From positions 37,286-101,285 of the IMG/VR virus record IMGVR_UViG_3300034190_001539: DNA of 64,000 nt; one strand, written 5' to 3'. A program made the translations under genes and the position numbers. This document shows, piece by piece, positions 45,048 to 54,995 of this stretch. How positions within the stretch are numbered: position 1 is the stretch's first letter; each line of letters opens with the position of its first letter. This DNA is from a virus. The notes beneath the pieces are model-generated. The model was not told the DNA's origin. It did no database searches and worked only from the letters and a program-made list of their open reading frames with translations.

Positions 45048-46036
45048 TATACATCAAACCTCACTTGAATACCTAACAATAATTCTTTATCGTTTTTTAC
45101 AGGCTTTGCTAATTGTCCTATTGCCAATAATTCATTAAAATCATTATATAAACCAATCTTTGTAATATATGGTGCAAATAAAGAGTGTGTTGTAAAGTTA
45201 TTATATCTATCTGCTTGTCCATAGTAGTGTTTATAAGAGCCTGATTTAGCTGATGCATGACCAGGTGGAAATAGCCTCCAGCTTTCGGAACCTGAAACGT
45301 TTATGCTACCACTCCTATCAGGTGTAACTGATATATTTGTAGATGTATTATACTCATTTTCACCAACTATACAAGTATATGAATGTTCTTTAATTGTTAC
45401 TTGAGATTTGTATGTTAGACTATAACCATTAGCCGCACTTCCTGTTCCAATAGCATTGTATTGAGAAGTATCAGCCGAACCTGTATTTGTGAATACTAAT
45501 ATTCCTTGTTCGTAAAATGCGTTTCCAACAAAACTACCAGTTTTATCGATACTAGCGGTAAAATTACTAGCAGCAAATCTTGCAAAGCTAGAAGAAAAAT
45601 CATTATCATATAGATTTCCATTTCCATCATCTACAATTGTTAAAGTTGTAGGACCGCTATCGTCTTTTAATGTTATTGATTTTGGTTTAATTCTTTCACC
45701 ATATAAACTTTGTGGTACAGATATTACTGTAGCATTAGAATGTAACTCTCTAAATTGTTTACCATTACTCAAACCAAAGTTATTGAAATTATTATCAACA
45801 TCTTTATAGTATCTGTGATTTAACATAAACCAAGTTGGTACTGCATAAAAACTAGCAGTTGTTGGACTACCAAAGTTAGTAACAGTAGCAGTAGATGGAA
45901 TAAAGTTATGTAAACTAGAACTTGTTGCGGCGAAACCATAAACACCACTACCGCTATCCGTATTGGTTACAGTAAACTCTTTATAAGCTTTGAACGGCGT
46001 TATATTGATGTCTCTTGGGTCGAGTCTTTTAAACAT
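45047..46036 (-). CDS. Baseplate/tail-collar-like structural protein
   Basis: YGERIKPKSITL, DDGNGNL, GNAFYEQG; C-terminal YITKIGLYNDFNELLAIGQLAKPVK; paralogue of the next gene. Confidence 0.65.
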   Translation of the reverse strand: MFKRLDPRDINITPFKAYKEFTVTNTDSGSGVYGFAATSSSLHNFIPSTATVTNFGSPTTASFYAVPTWFMLNHRYYKDVDNNFNNFGLSNGKQFRELHSNATVISVPQSLYGERIKPKSITLKDDSGPTTLTIVDDGNGNLYDNDFSSSFARFAASNFTASIDKTGSFVGNAFYEQGILVFTNTGSADTSQYNAIGTGSAANGYSLTYKSQVTIKEHSYTCIVGENEYNTSTNISVTPDRSGSINVSGSESWRLFPPGHASAKSGSYKHYYGQADRYNNFTTHSLFAPYITKIGLYNDFNELLAIGQLAKPVKNDKELLLGIQVRFDV

Positions 46037-46054
46037 GACCTATATCTCCCAAGC

Positions 46055-47122
46055 TTAGAAGTCTAATTTAACTTTAATTATAGCTTCTCTCGAATAAGAT
46101 TTCATCAGCGGTTTACTTAATTTAGCAATTGCTAACAGTTCATTATCATCATTATACAATCCAACTTGAGTTATAAATACTTTTGGATTTTTATAAAACG
46201 TTGGTACAGTAAAATTACCACTTGAACCAGAAGTAAATGTTGGATTTGAACTAAAGTTAAATTCCTTATTAGGTACTCTACAAAAATAATGCTGTGAAGT
46301 AATTACCTCTTCTCTTCTTGCCTGAAAGTATGAACCACCAGAAAGTTTATTGAAAAATTTTGCTGTATTTCCACCTTCTGAATTTGAAGCAACGGAAGCT
46401 GACAGTGAAGCAGAACCAGCACCACCTAAAACAGGTCCATTGAATATCAATATACCAGTATCAGGATAAAATAATCCAATTCCACCACCTGGTTGTAAAT
46501 TTGCGGCTGTTTTTACTGTCGCTTGTCCACTTGATATTGAACCACTAACTATGTTGAATACCCTACCACCTTGATTTACAGTTGGATTTGTTGTAGCATC
46601 ACTATCGTCAATATATTTTAATATTTGTGGACCTGAACCACCACCACTACCACTAAAGTGTAGTTCCCAATTACCTGGATCCATCTTCTCACGAAGTTGT
46701 TGTCTAGCAATTGAAATAGCATATATATAAGATGGTGTAGTATGAGCCCCATCGGAAGCTTCAAAAGTAAATCTATCTTCATTTGGCCCTAAAAGGATAT
46801 TAGACAATTGTCTGTATATGGTAGCAGACTCTCTATTTCCATCAACACCTAAAGCACCAGCACTACCACTTCCGTGTACGTGTCCATAAGCAACTGAAAA
46901 TTGTGTTGTGGCTGTAGCATCTGTTGTAGGATTCTTATCCCAAACATCTAAGTAATAAGTTCCATAAGATGCCTCAGCTGCAGAAGATGTGAAGAAAGAA
47001 GTTAATGTTCCTGCTCCATCTGCCCACATTCCCGAAGATACAGTGTCTTTGACATTTGTTACAACGTCACTTGATAGAGGACTATCGGGATCTTGAATGT
47101 TAAAATCTTTATATACTGACAT
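46055..47122 (-). CDS. Baseplate/tail-collar-like structural protein
   Basis: REKMDPGNWEL, GLFYPDTG; C-terminal FITQVGLYNDDNELLAIAKLSKPL. Confidence 0.65.
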   Translation of the reverse strand: MSVYKDFNIQDPDSPLSSDVVTNVKDTVSSGMWADGAGTLTSFFTSSAAEASYGTYYLDVWDKNPTTDATATTQFSVAYGHVHGSGSAGALGVDGNRESATIYRQLSNILLGPNEDRFTFEASDGAHTTPSYIYAISIARQQLREKMDPGNWELHFSGSGGGSGPQILKYIDDSDATTNPTVNQGGRVFNIVSGSISSGQATVKTAANLQPGGGIGLFYPDTGILIFNGPVLGGAGSASLSASVASNSEGGNTAKFFNKLSGGSYFQARREEVITSQHYFCRVPNKEFNFSSNPTFTSGSSGNFTVPTFYKNPKVFITQVGLYNDDNELLAIAKLSKPLMKSYSREAIIKVKLDF

Positions 47123-47136
47123 TTGTTACTCCTATA

Positions 47137-47805
47137 TTATCCTGCCGCTCCTGCGCCGCCTATTAAACTATTTAAAGTTACATTATTAGTAATATTGATA
47201 GATGTCGTAGCACCAGTATCATTACCAATAATTGTTAATTGAGTTGCTCTCGATGCATCTTGTGGAATAACACCAAGTTTAACTGTTTGTGCAACAACTG
47301 TTTTACTATTTGGTGCATCATCATCACCTAAAAAGTATGGTGTAGTTGCTCCCACACCAGCACCAGCAGCTATATCTACATTCATCGAACAAACCGATTG
47401 ATTGTGCAGAATAAATGTGTATGACGCATCACTAACATTAGCAGTATTTACTACAATAGTTGGATTTGGTTGATTTACACCACCAGCAGCTGCAAAAGTA
47501 ACTGAACCTGGTGTAACATTTATTACTGGCATTCTAATTGTATTCTTAGGAAGAGTTACTAACTTATATCTCATCACATGATTCTCATCAGGTATTGCTT
47601 CTAAAAGTGGCATATTTTCTATTACTTTTCCATAATAGTCACTCCCATTTGGATGTGTCACATCCCATAAGTTATAATCTACTTCGTCATCAGCTAATGC
47701 AAATTTAGTAATATTGAAAGCATCAGTTCCCTGCGCTAACAATTCACGTCCCTTTTTGGTTAATATAGCATCTACTGTTACATTAGTGTTGTTTAAAAAT
47801 CCCAT
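47137..47805 (-). CDS. Baseplate/tail-collar-like structural protein
   Basis: DAILTKKGRELLAQG...ITKFALADDEVDY resembles the N-terminus of tail-collar fibre domains. Confidence 0.65.
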   Translation of the reverse strand: MGFLNNTNVTVDAILTKKGRELLAQGTDAFNITKFALADDEVDYNLWDVTHPNGSDYYGKVIENMPLLEAIPDENHVMRYKLVTLPKNTIRMPVINVTPGSVTFAAAGGVNQPNPTIVVNTANVSDASYTFILHNQSVCSMNVDIAAGAGVGATTPYFLGDDDAPNSKTVVAQTVKLGVIPQDASRATQLTIIGNDTGATTSINITNNVTLNSLIGGAGAAG

Positions 47806-47856
47806 AATGAACTCCTAATTATAAATTTAAATATTTGGTATGAATGTGATTCATAT

Positions 47857-47864
47857 ATAAATAT
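47857..47864 (-). promoter_or_regulatory. Putative late promoter ATATTTAT
   Basis: Octamer in the intergenic gap upstream of the 47805 gene. Confidence 0.6.
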
Positions 47865-47882
47865 CATCTATTTAAGTTTTTA

Positions 47883-50800
47883 TTACTTTTTCTTTTGTTT
47901 CTTACTTTTCTTTCCTTTTATCGTCATTTTTTTCTGAGCTTTACCTTTAGACTCTATAGGTGAACTTTCAAATTTTGCTTCTTCTGCTATTTTTCTTCTT
48001 TCTTTTTCTTGAGTCTCTCTTATAATCATAGCATCTGTTATTGGTTTTTCTGGCGTACCACGTTTCTTCTTAGCTAAACCTTTAAGACCTCTTAATTTCT
48101 TTCCCTTTATTGTTAATGGTTTACCTGGAATCAATACTTCTTCAGAGGCTTGAGGTTCTTCTATTATGTTCGGATCGAATTTATCTTTTTCAGGTTCCTT
48201 TTCTTTAAATTCAGATACTATACCCTCTCCTGTTTTTAATGTAGAATCACTATCTTTAGTGGTTACTAACTTAGATGGTGCAGTTATAATTATTTCAACT
48301 GGTGAACCCCCATCTATAGTAGTTTTTTTAGTATTTTTAACTCCAGCATAAACTCTATTAAACAAAGCAGTATCTTGTTCTACCTGATTATCCAAATCAA
48401 CATTAAAGAGGGAAGAAGAATAAGCTATAAATAAAGAAGCACTTAATGATGAAGAGTAGTGTGGCATTATTTGTTGATTTCTACCATATATTCTAGATCC
48501 AGTTACTACAGGTTGAAATACTTCAGAATAGTGAATATCACCCGACTGAATAGATGCTGTCGCATAATATTTATCTCTACTCATACCATCACGCTTGTTT
48601 ATTCTTTGCCACATACTTAATTCTACAAATCCATCTCCAAGTGAAGCAGAAGCTTCTTTTAGTAAATTTTCACCGCTTGAAGATATAACTATTGATTCGG
48701 TTGAGTAACCATATATTTGAATTTCACCATCGTAAGCGTCATATTTTGAAATAGAAGCACCCGCATTAAATGAACCAGTTACAACAACCAATCCATCAAC
48801 TACATTCCCAATATCTATAGAAGAAGTAAAGAATGTATCCTCAACTTCAGGCTTTTTACCAACTACTACTTTTGGTCTTTCAAAAATATTAGGTTCTATT
48901 AGTAAACCAATATCCGGCTTTGCTCTAGCAGGAATCATCTTTCTTAATTGTGGATATAAAGATTGGTCATAATATTTTATCAATCTCATATAATCCCAAA
49001 AGTTATTTGTAGATGTATATTTTTTCCAATAAATATCTGTTACTCTTTCTAATCCTCTATATGAATTTTGTAATAAGTCTCTCGGGTCACCTAAATAATC
49101 ATTAAAATCCATATTACCAACTGAATTAATAATATCATTATTTACAACATCGGTTGGTGCAAAGAAAATACCGACTTTATTTGAATCTAAAGGTGCATTA
49201 TCATATGCGGGAGAAGTAGACCTTTTAGTTCTAGAAAGTATCTCACCAGGTTTTAAAGGATTATCCTCAACCCTTATTTTATTAGTAGTTCTTCTAAGTG
49301 CGCCTATACTTGGTATAAAAGATTTTTGTTCATCAACCACACTCCTAAAAAAGTTTCCTGTAAATCCACTATGTGAACCTGATAATGTAGAGGTTTGGTT
49401 AGAACTAACATCTCTAATACCCTCAGTATCGGAACTTAAATCTTTATTATCATTCATTGAATATCGTAAAACTAAATTTTCATAAGAAGATGATACAGAA
49501 TTACCATCGTAAGCCTTTGGATTAGCTATATGATTTTTAAATGATGATGTATTTAGTGTCTCTGTCCAATGTCTGTACTCCATAATTGAACCTGTAAGTG
49601 GTGCACCAATAAAACCATCTTTACTCGAACTAAAATTAGTCTCACCGCCGATATAAATATCACCATTGGATGAAAAATTTTCATTATTATCACCACTGCT
49701 GCCTGTTATAAGCATAGTTGTACTACTAAATAAATTTATCTTACTTCTACTACTATCATATTTACCAACGTTTAATTCGTATGATTGTGATATGTGTTCA
49801 CTATTACTTCCAGATTTTCTAGCCAACATAACAGAATAAAAATCACCATCATAAATAGGAAAAGAAGTAGATTCTATTTCATCATATCCACCAGAACCTG
49901 ACAACATAAATGCCACAGAACCATAATCATCCACAGAATCATTGTCTTTTAATCTTATTATAAAATCATTATCTTTATTTACCAAAATCTGATTAGAACT
50001 ACTTACTGCTCTAAATCTAAACTCAATCGTATCCGGCTTTCTACCTGAATCTGTATCATCAGCCCAAGCAACTTTTACATATTGATTTCCTTTAAAATCT
50101 AAAGCCTTTGTAAACTTCTTTGTGACTTCAAATTCTGGCGAAGCATCATCTGGTAAATTAGGCCCACCATATTCTTTAACTCTTAAAATAGTTGATGGTA
50201 TACCATAAATATTTATCAACCCTTTCAAAGCTCTAATAGTACCCTTATTCTTTAAGAAGAAAGGCATATTGTTTATTATACGACTCCAAATTTCTCTTGA
50301 TATATCACGTTCAGATGTCGCTGAGTAATCAGAGTAAGCTGAACCAGTAACTTCTTTACCTAAAGCATATCTTGGTAAATCAATTAAATCTTTCCCATCA
50401 TCCAAATTCCAACCTAAAGAACGACCAACAGAATATAATAAATCTTTTGAAATACCCTCTGTTAATTTTTCTCTTCTATCAAAAGTATCTGTTATTCCAT
50501 TTATATAAACCCATATAGAATCAAAATGTTGTCCAATCATATCTATAAATTTTAAGTATACATCGTTCTCTACATTTTCTATTATGTGTTGAGGAAGTAA
50601 ACTGCTTAATTTACTTGAGTTTTCTTCATCATAAAGTGAGCCAGAAGTTATTGCTTTATTGAACCAAGCTATACCATTGGTAGAGTTAGTAGTTTCTAAA
50701 ACATAAGGACTTCTTAAATTTCCCTCACCACTAGCTTTTGGCCATGCATTATCATATTCAATTCCTAACGAAGCGCTACTATAAGAAGAACTCTGATAGT

Positions 50801-53800
50801 ACATATATTTTTCAAATTGGTCAAAGTTATTTTTTACTTCCAATACTCCAACTTCAGCAGCATTAATAGAAGCATCTGAACCACTAATTCCAATAAACGA
50901 AGAACTTACTGCATTAAAATCCTCAATCTGTTTTAATTTAAGTTTAAAATTTCTTATTCTTTTTTCAACAGAACTAAATTTGATAAAATTTTCATACCTA
51001 CTATGGTCTATATTTAATTCAACACTATCTATACTCTGACTTAAAAATTCATTTTTTAATTCAGTTGATATTGTAACATCATCTGTTAATATTTCATTTT
51101 CATTTTTAAAGTCTGTTTTTCTACCTCTTATTGGACTTTCCACATTTTTCAAATCAGGTGATTTTAAAACTAATTGTGGTTCTTCTGCTGGAATAAAATC
51201 TAATATTTTTACCTTTTCTACTACAGGTTCTGCCATTTCTTTAACTATGATACACTCATCAAATTCAGCAAAGCTATCTGGCAAAGGTTCGTATAATTTA
51301 TAGACGACAGCGTGTGGGTAGTTTGAAACGTTTATCTTGTCTTGTTTAAAGTTAGTTGTTAAAAATAACTGATTATTGAATTTCAGATAAGTTCGTAAGT
51401 CTAATGGATTTAAATTTAAGTAAGTAACTCTAAAGTTTGGAAAACCAATGTCGGGTGGATTGTCTATATCATAAACTTCAGTATCAGGATTGTCATCTTC
51501 TACTCCTATGTCAATAGCATTTTGCTTATAACTTCTATCTAAAGTAACAAACAAACCATCGGGAGATACTTCTTCAATCTGTGCAGTAAATGGTCTGTAT
51601 ATTTTTTGAGTTACTGATTCATCTACTAATGTAAAATCCATATAAAGATTATCTACCCAAGTTATACCAAACTCTTGATTTCCATTACCCCTTATATGTC
51701 CGTAGAAATATATGTACCAATCTTGGTCTAAAATCCAATCATTTGGAATTAATATTTCTACATTTTTAGTTTCCCATTTACCAGCTGCGTCTGTAGGAAT
51801 AAATTCATATTGGTGTGCATAACTATATCTTGGTGGTGCTATAACATTTTCTTCCCATATTGCTAGTACACCATTCCATTTCCATAAACTACCTGGACTT
51901 AGAGTTCCATCTTTAGTTGGATTTGGATCGAAACTATAGACAGAGCTTCCATTATCATAATATGGTTCATTTACATTAATAACCTCACCATCTTCGTTTT
52001 GAATACCATAATTATCTGCGCCAGGATTTCTAGACCCAAAGGTTAAATCGATTCCCTCTGAACCAACCTCTCCTGCGCCATAAAAGTATTCATTGACTGG
52101 AAACCTTTCTGAAACTCCTTCTGATTCATCTTCTTTTAAATTAATCCACTGTCCACCATTTTCTGCAGTTACACCATAAATTCCACTATAATTAGAGAAG
52201 TGACCACTTGTGTGTCCTTGAGAAAACCAAACATCAAAATAGTTTCCATCTACGCCAGCAAAGCCATTACTAAAAGAACCTGCCTCTCCATTCTCATCTT
52301 CCTCAAACCAAGTATCTTGATTGGTAGAGAATATATCACCATCACCATCATTCGTTCTCCATCTTTTATTTGTACCCTTTACACAGGCATAATGGTGCCA
52401 AGTACCACCACTTCTTTGTTTTCCAGAAAAAGCCCATTCCATTTCACCACCTTGAGCATTAACAGTATCATTAAAAGCACCATCTAAATCTTTTAAGTAA
52501 AAGAAATCTACAAAATCTTCTGCTCCGATTTCAGCCATAAATACTTTATTTGAATCTTCATTTCCACGGCCATCTGTATAAAACAAAACAAAGAAATTAT
52601 CTCTGTTGTGATCGTTATTTGTAGCCCTTGTTCTTGTTATACTTTGTATTCTACCGTGTTCAAATATATCGTTATAGACTGTGTGTGTTTTTATTTGATT
52701 TCCATCACTATCTGTCTTAGATATTGTTTGGCTGTGTAACTGAGGAAACATAGTGTCAATTGTGGTTAAACCAATCTTTTCTTTATTTGTAGTATATCCA
52801 ACATCACCAACAACCCAAACTAAATCATTCTTTATTAAAATAACAGCATTGTTGTTTACAAGTTCCGCTGGCACACCACAAACAGTAGTCATTTTAGTAT
52901 CTTCGCCATCCAATGTTGTACCTGTTTGCCATCCTCTATTTTCACCAGGATAAATATCTCTTTTGAAGCGTGGTGTTCCTTGTCCTTCTAATTGATAAGG
53001 ATGAGTATTCACCGCTTCTGGATATTCAAAATCATTTACTGTTCCTACCGGTGCTGTTGGAAATGAAGGGAAAAAATCAGGATTCGCACCCCAAGCAGTG
53101 CCATCCCATTTCCACTCTTGCTCTAAACTTAAAGTACCTGCTTTACTATATTCTACACCAACTAAATTTGGACTCCAAGTAAAAATTGGATTTTGTCCAC
53201 CAGTGCTTTGAGTTATTATCCAAGCGCCTTCCCCACCCCAAAATGTTGTCGAATCACCTACACTTATATCTACTTCAGGTGCACCTGATAAATACAGACT
53301 GACAACAGTAGAGTATTTAGATGGTGGTTGATCCTCAATGTCTGAAGCATTTGAAGCTGTATTCGCAATATATCCCTGTGGAGGATCATTTGGAACTTCT
53401 TCACCTGGTGGTGGATTATTAGGATTGTAATATCCTATAGGCGGAGCATCAGGAATATTTTCTGTTATTAATTCATTTGGATAATATAAAGATACTAAAA
53501 TACCCCTTCCTGCAACACTAGCCTTTAAATCTAATGTTAAATTAACAAAGTCAAAATGTTTAACTCCCTGACCTATAAGAGCTCCCATCTTTTGATTTAT
53601 ACCCAACCAACGACTTGCATACTCCGTTGGCCATTCGTCTAATTCTCTAAAGATTTCATTTTGGTCGGGAAATTTCATACAAACACCACCAGTAACGCCC
53701 TCACCTCTTACAAAATGTGCGTGGTAGCCTAAGTGCGCTGTTCCAGCAAAAACTCCATTAGGATTGGACATACTATTGTAACCAGGACTAAAACCATCCA

Positions 53801-54683
53801 CCCTCACAGCTTTAGAATGTAAACTTGCATCCCAACCATAATAATTAGCTAAACTGACTTCATTACCATAAGAATCTCTTTCAGTAATTTCAAGGTCTGG
53901 ATTAGTTATAAAATTTATTCCTGTTTTTACAGGTGTTTGAACTTCGTTTACTAAGAAAACATTTGGTATGGTAATAGTACCATTCTTCATTTTTTGTGTA
54001 AATAAAAATCCATTTTCAGCTGGTGATATATTTAAAACATTAGATTCAAATAAATCAGCGTTGCTTCCATCTGGTGCAACAAAATTAATAGTTTCCTCAA
54101 TATCATTTGCTGTTACAGCAGTTTGTATATTTATAAAATCATCTGTATAAGAACCTTTTATATTTTTTGCTTTTAATCTAACTTCGGTTCTATTTGGAGA
54201 TATAGTATCAATTGAATATTTTAAATCCTCTACGCTTAATTGTTCAGCAGTTCCAGGACTTGATCTAAAAGACTCTTCTGTTCCTGTGTATACCTTACCA
54301 TCGGGTTGAATATTAAAATTAGCAGTATAAACATCTCCTTCAAATCCTGCTTTATTTCTAACTAAAACTGCTCTTTCATCACCAGCTAATTTTCTAAAAA
54401 AATTATAATTTACATTAAATATTCCATTATTAAATCCGAGCTCTCTTAAATGATTTCCTACATAAAATTCTATATTTCCATTATCAGCGTTATTTATAAA
54501 TTTATCACTAGGTAAATTTGTAAAATCTATTAAATTATTTGAATCATCATAAATTTCTAAATAAGCAAAATCATTATGACCTTGAGTTCCCCACAAACCA
54601 TTTTCATATGGTTTTTCTCCAACCCTTTTAGTTTGAAAAGCATTGAGTAGTTGTTTATCTCTTTCGTTTAATTTACTAGCCAT
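47883..54683 (-). CDS. Large baseplate wedge protein (gp7-like) with LamG/carbohydrate-binding-like domains, 2266 aa
   Basis: FIDMIGQHFD...KNKGTIRALKGLINIYGIP wedge motif; IMEYRHWTETL...LVLRYSMND LamG-like; follows gp6. Confidence 0.65.
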   Translation of the reverse strand: MASKLNERDKQLLNAFQTKRVGEKPYENGLWGTQGHNDFAYLEIYDDSNNLIDFTNLPSDKFINNADNGNIEFYVGNHLRELGFNNGIFNVNYNFFRKLAGDERAVLVRNKAGFEGDVYTANFNIQPDGKVYTGTEESFRSSPGTAEQLSVEDLKYSIDTISPNRTEVRLKAKNIKGSYTDDFINIQTAVTANDIEETINFVAPDGSNADLFESNVLNISPAENGFLFTQKMKNGTITIPNVFLVNEVQTPVKTGINFITNPDLEITERDSYGNEVSLANYYGWDASLHSKAVRVDGFSPGYNSMSNPNGVFAGTAHLGYHAHFVRGEGVTGGVCMKFPDQNEIFRELDEWPTEYASRWLGINQKMGALIGQGVKHFDFVNLTLDLKASVAGRGILVSLYYPNELITENIPDAPPIGYYNPNNPPPGEEVPNDPPQGYIANTASNASDIEDQPPSKYSTVVSLYLSGAPEVDISVGDSTTFWGGEGAWIITQSTGGQNPIFTWSPNLVGVEYSKAGTLSLEQEWKWDGTAWGANPDFFPSFPTAPVGTVNDFEYPEAVNTHPYQLEGQGTPRFKRDIYPGENRGWQTGTTLDGEDTKMTTVCGVPAELVNNNAVILIKNDLVWVVGDVGYTTNKEKIGLTTIDTMFPQLHSQTISKTDSDGNQIKTHTVYNDIFEHGRIQSITRTRATNNDHNRDNFFVLFYTDGRGNEDSNKVFMAEIGAEDFVDFFYLKDLDGAFNDTVNAQGGEMEWAFSGKQRSGGTWHHYACVKGTNKRWRTNDGDGDIFSTNQDTWFEEDENGEAGSFSNGFAGVDGNYFDVWFSQGHTSGHFSNYSGIYGVTAENGGQWINLKEDESEGVSERFPVNEYFYGAGEVGSEGIDLTFGSRNPGADNYGIQNEDGEVINVNEPYYDNGSSVYSFDPNPTKDGTLSPGSLWKWNGVLAIWEENVIAPPRYSYAHQYEFIPTDAAGKWETKNVEILIPNDWILDQDWYIYFYGHIRGNGNQEFGITWVDNLYMDFTLVDESVTQKIYRPFTAQIEEVSPDGLFVTLDRSYKQNAIDIGVEDDNPDTEVYDIDNPPDIGFPNFRVTYLNLNPLDLRTYLKFNNQLFLTTNFKQDKINVSNYPHAVVYKLYEPLPDSFAEFDECIIVKEMAEPVVEKVKILDFIPAEEPQLVLKSPDLKNVESPIRGRKTDFKNENEILTDDVTISTELKNEFLSQSIDSVELNIDHSRYENFIKFSSVEKRIRNFKLKLKQIEDFNAVSSSFIGISGSDASINAAEVGVLEVKNNFDQFEKYMYYQSSSYSSASLGIEYDNAWPKASGEGNLRSPYVLETTNSTNGIAWFNKAITSGSLYDEENSSKLSSLLPQHIIENVENDVYLKFIDMIGQHFDSIWVYINGITDTFDRREKLTEGISKDLLYSVGRSLGWNLDDGKDLIDLPRYALGKEVTGSAYSDYSATSERDISREIWSRIINNMPFFLKNKGTIRALKGLINIYGIPSTILRVKEYGGPNLPDDASPEFEVTKKFTKALDFKGNQYVKVAWADDTDSGRKPDTIEFRFRAVSSSNQILVNKDNDFIIRLKDNDSVDDYGSVAFMLSGSGGYDEIESTSFPIYDGDFYSVMLARKSGSNSEHISQSYELNVGKYDSSRSKINLFSSTTMLITGSSGDNNENFSSNGDIYIGGETNFSSSKDGFIGAPLTGSIMEYRHWTETLNTSSFKNHIANPKAYDGNSVSSSYENLVLRYSMNDNKDLSSDTEGIRDVSSNQTSTLSGSHSGFTGNFFRSVVDEQKSFIPSIGALRRTTNKIRVEDNPLKPGEILSRTKRSTSPAYDNAPLDSNKVGIFFAPTDVVNNDIINSVGNMDFNDYLGDPRDLLQNSYRGLERVTDIYWKKYTSTNNFWDYMRLIKYYDQSLYPQLRKMIPARAKPDIGLLIEPNIFERPKVVVGKKPEVEDTFFTSSIDIGNVVDGLVVVTGSFNAGASISKYDAYDGEIQIYGYSTESIVISSSGENLLKEASASLGDGFVELSMWQRINKRDGMSRDKYYATASIQSGDIHYSEVFQPVVTGSRIYGRNQQIMPHYSSSLSASLFIAYSSSLFNVDLDNQVEQDTALFNRVYAGVKNTKKTTIDGGSPVEIIITAPSKLVTTKDSDSTLKTGEGIVSEFKEKEPEKDKFDPNIIEEPQASEEVLIPGKPLTIKGKKLRGLKGLAKKKRGTPEKPITDAMIIRETQEKERRKIAEEAKFESSPIESKGKAQKKMTIKGKKSKKQKKK

Positions 54684-54991
54684 TATAATTCCTCAAAATC
54701 TCTGTCTAATGTGCTATTAATACTAGCTTCATCATCTCTTAATTTATTTACAATTGAAGTGTGTACTATCTTTGTAGAAGGATCTTCTGGCAATACACCT
54801 GTGTATGGATTTTCAAATATTAAAATTGTACCATCACTATCTCTGACTAACAAAGAACCATCATTTGATGAGCCTGAAATAGAAGCTTGCGCTTCTAAAA
54901 TATCTTTATTAGCAAGGTACGCTTGTTCATCTTCATCGATTAAATTCTGGTACCAGGATAAATTTTTTAATTCCTCTTGTGTATATGGCAT
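54683..54991 (-). CDS. Hypothetical baseplate-module protein
   Basis: 102-aa ORF coupled to the next gene. Confidence 0.6.
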   Translation of the reverse strand: MPYTQEELKNLSWYQNLIDEDEQAYLANKDILEAQASISGSSNDGSLLVRDSDGTILIFENPYTGVLPEDPSTKIVHTSIVNKLRDDEASINSTLDRDFEEL

Positions 54992-54995
54992 TTTT

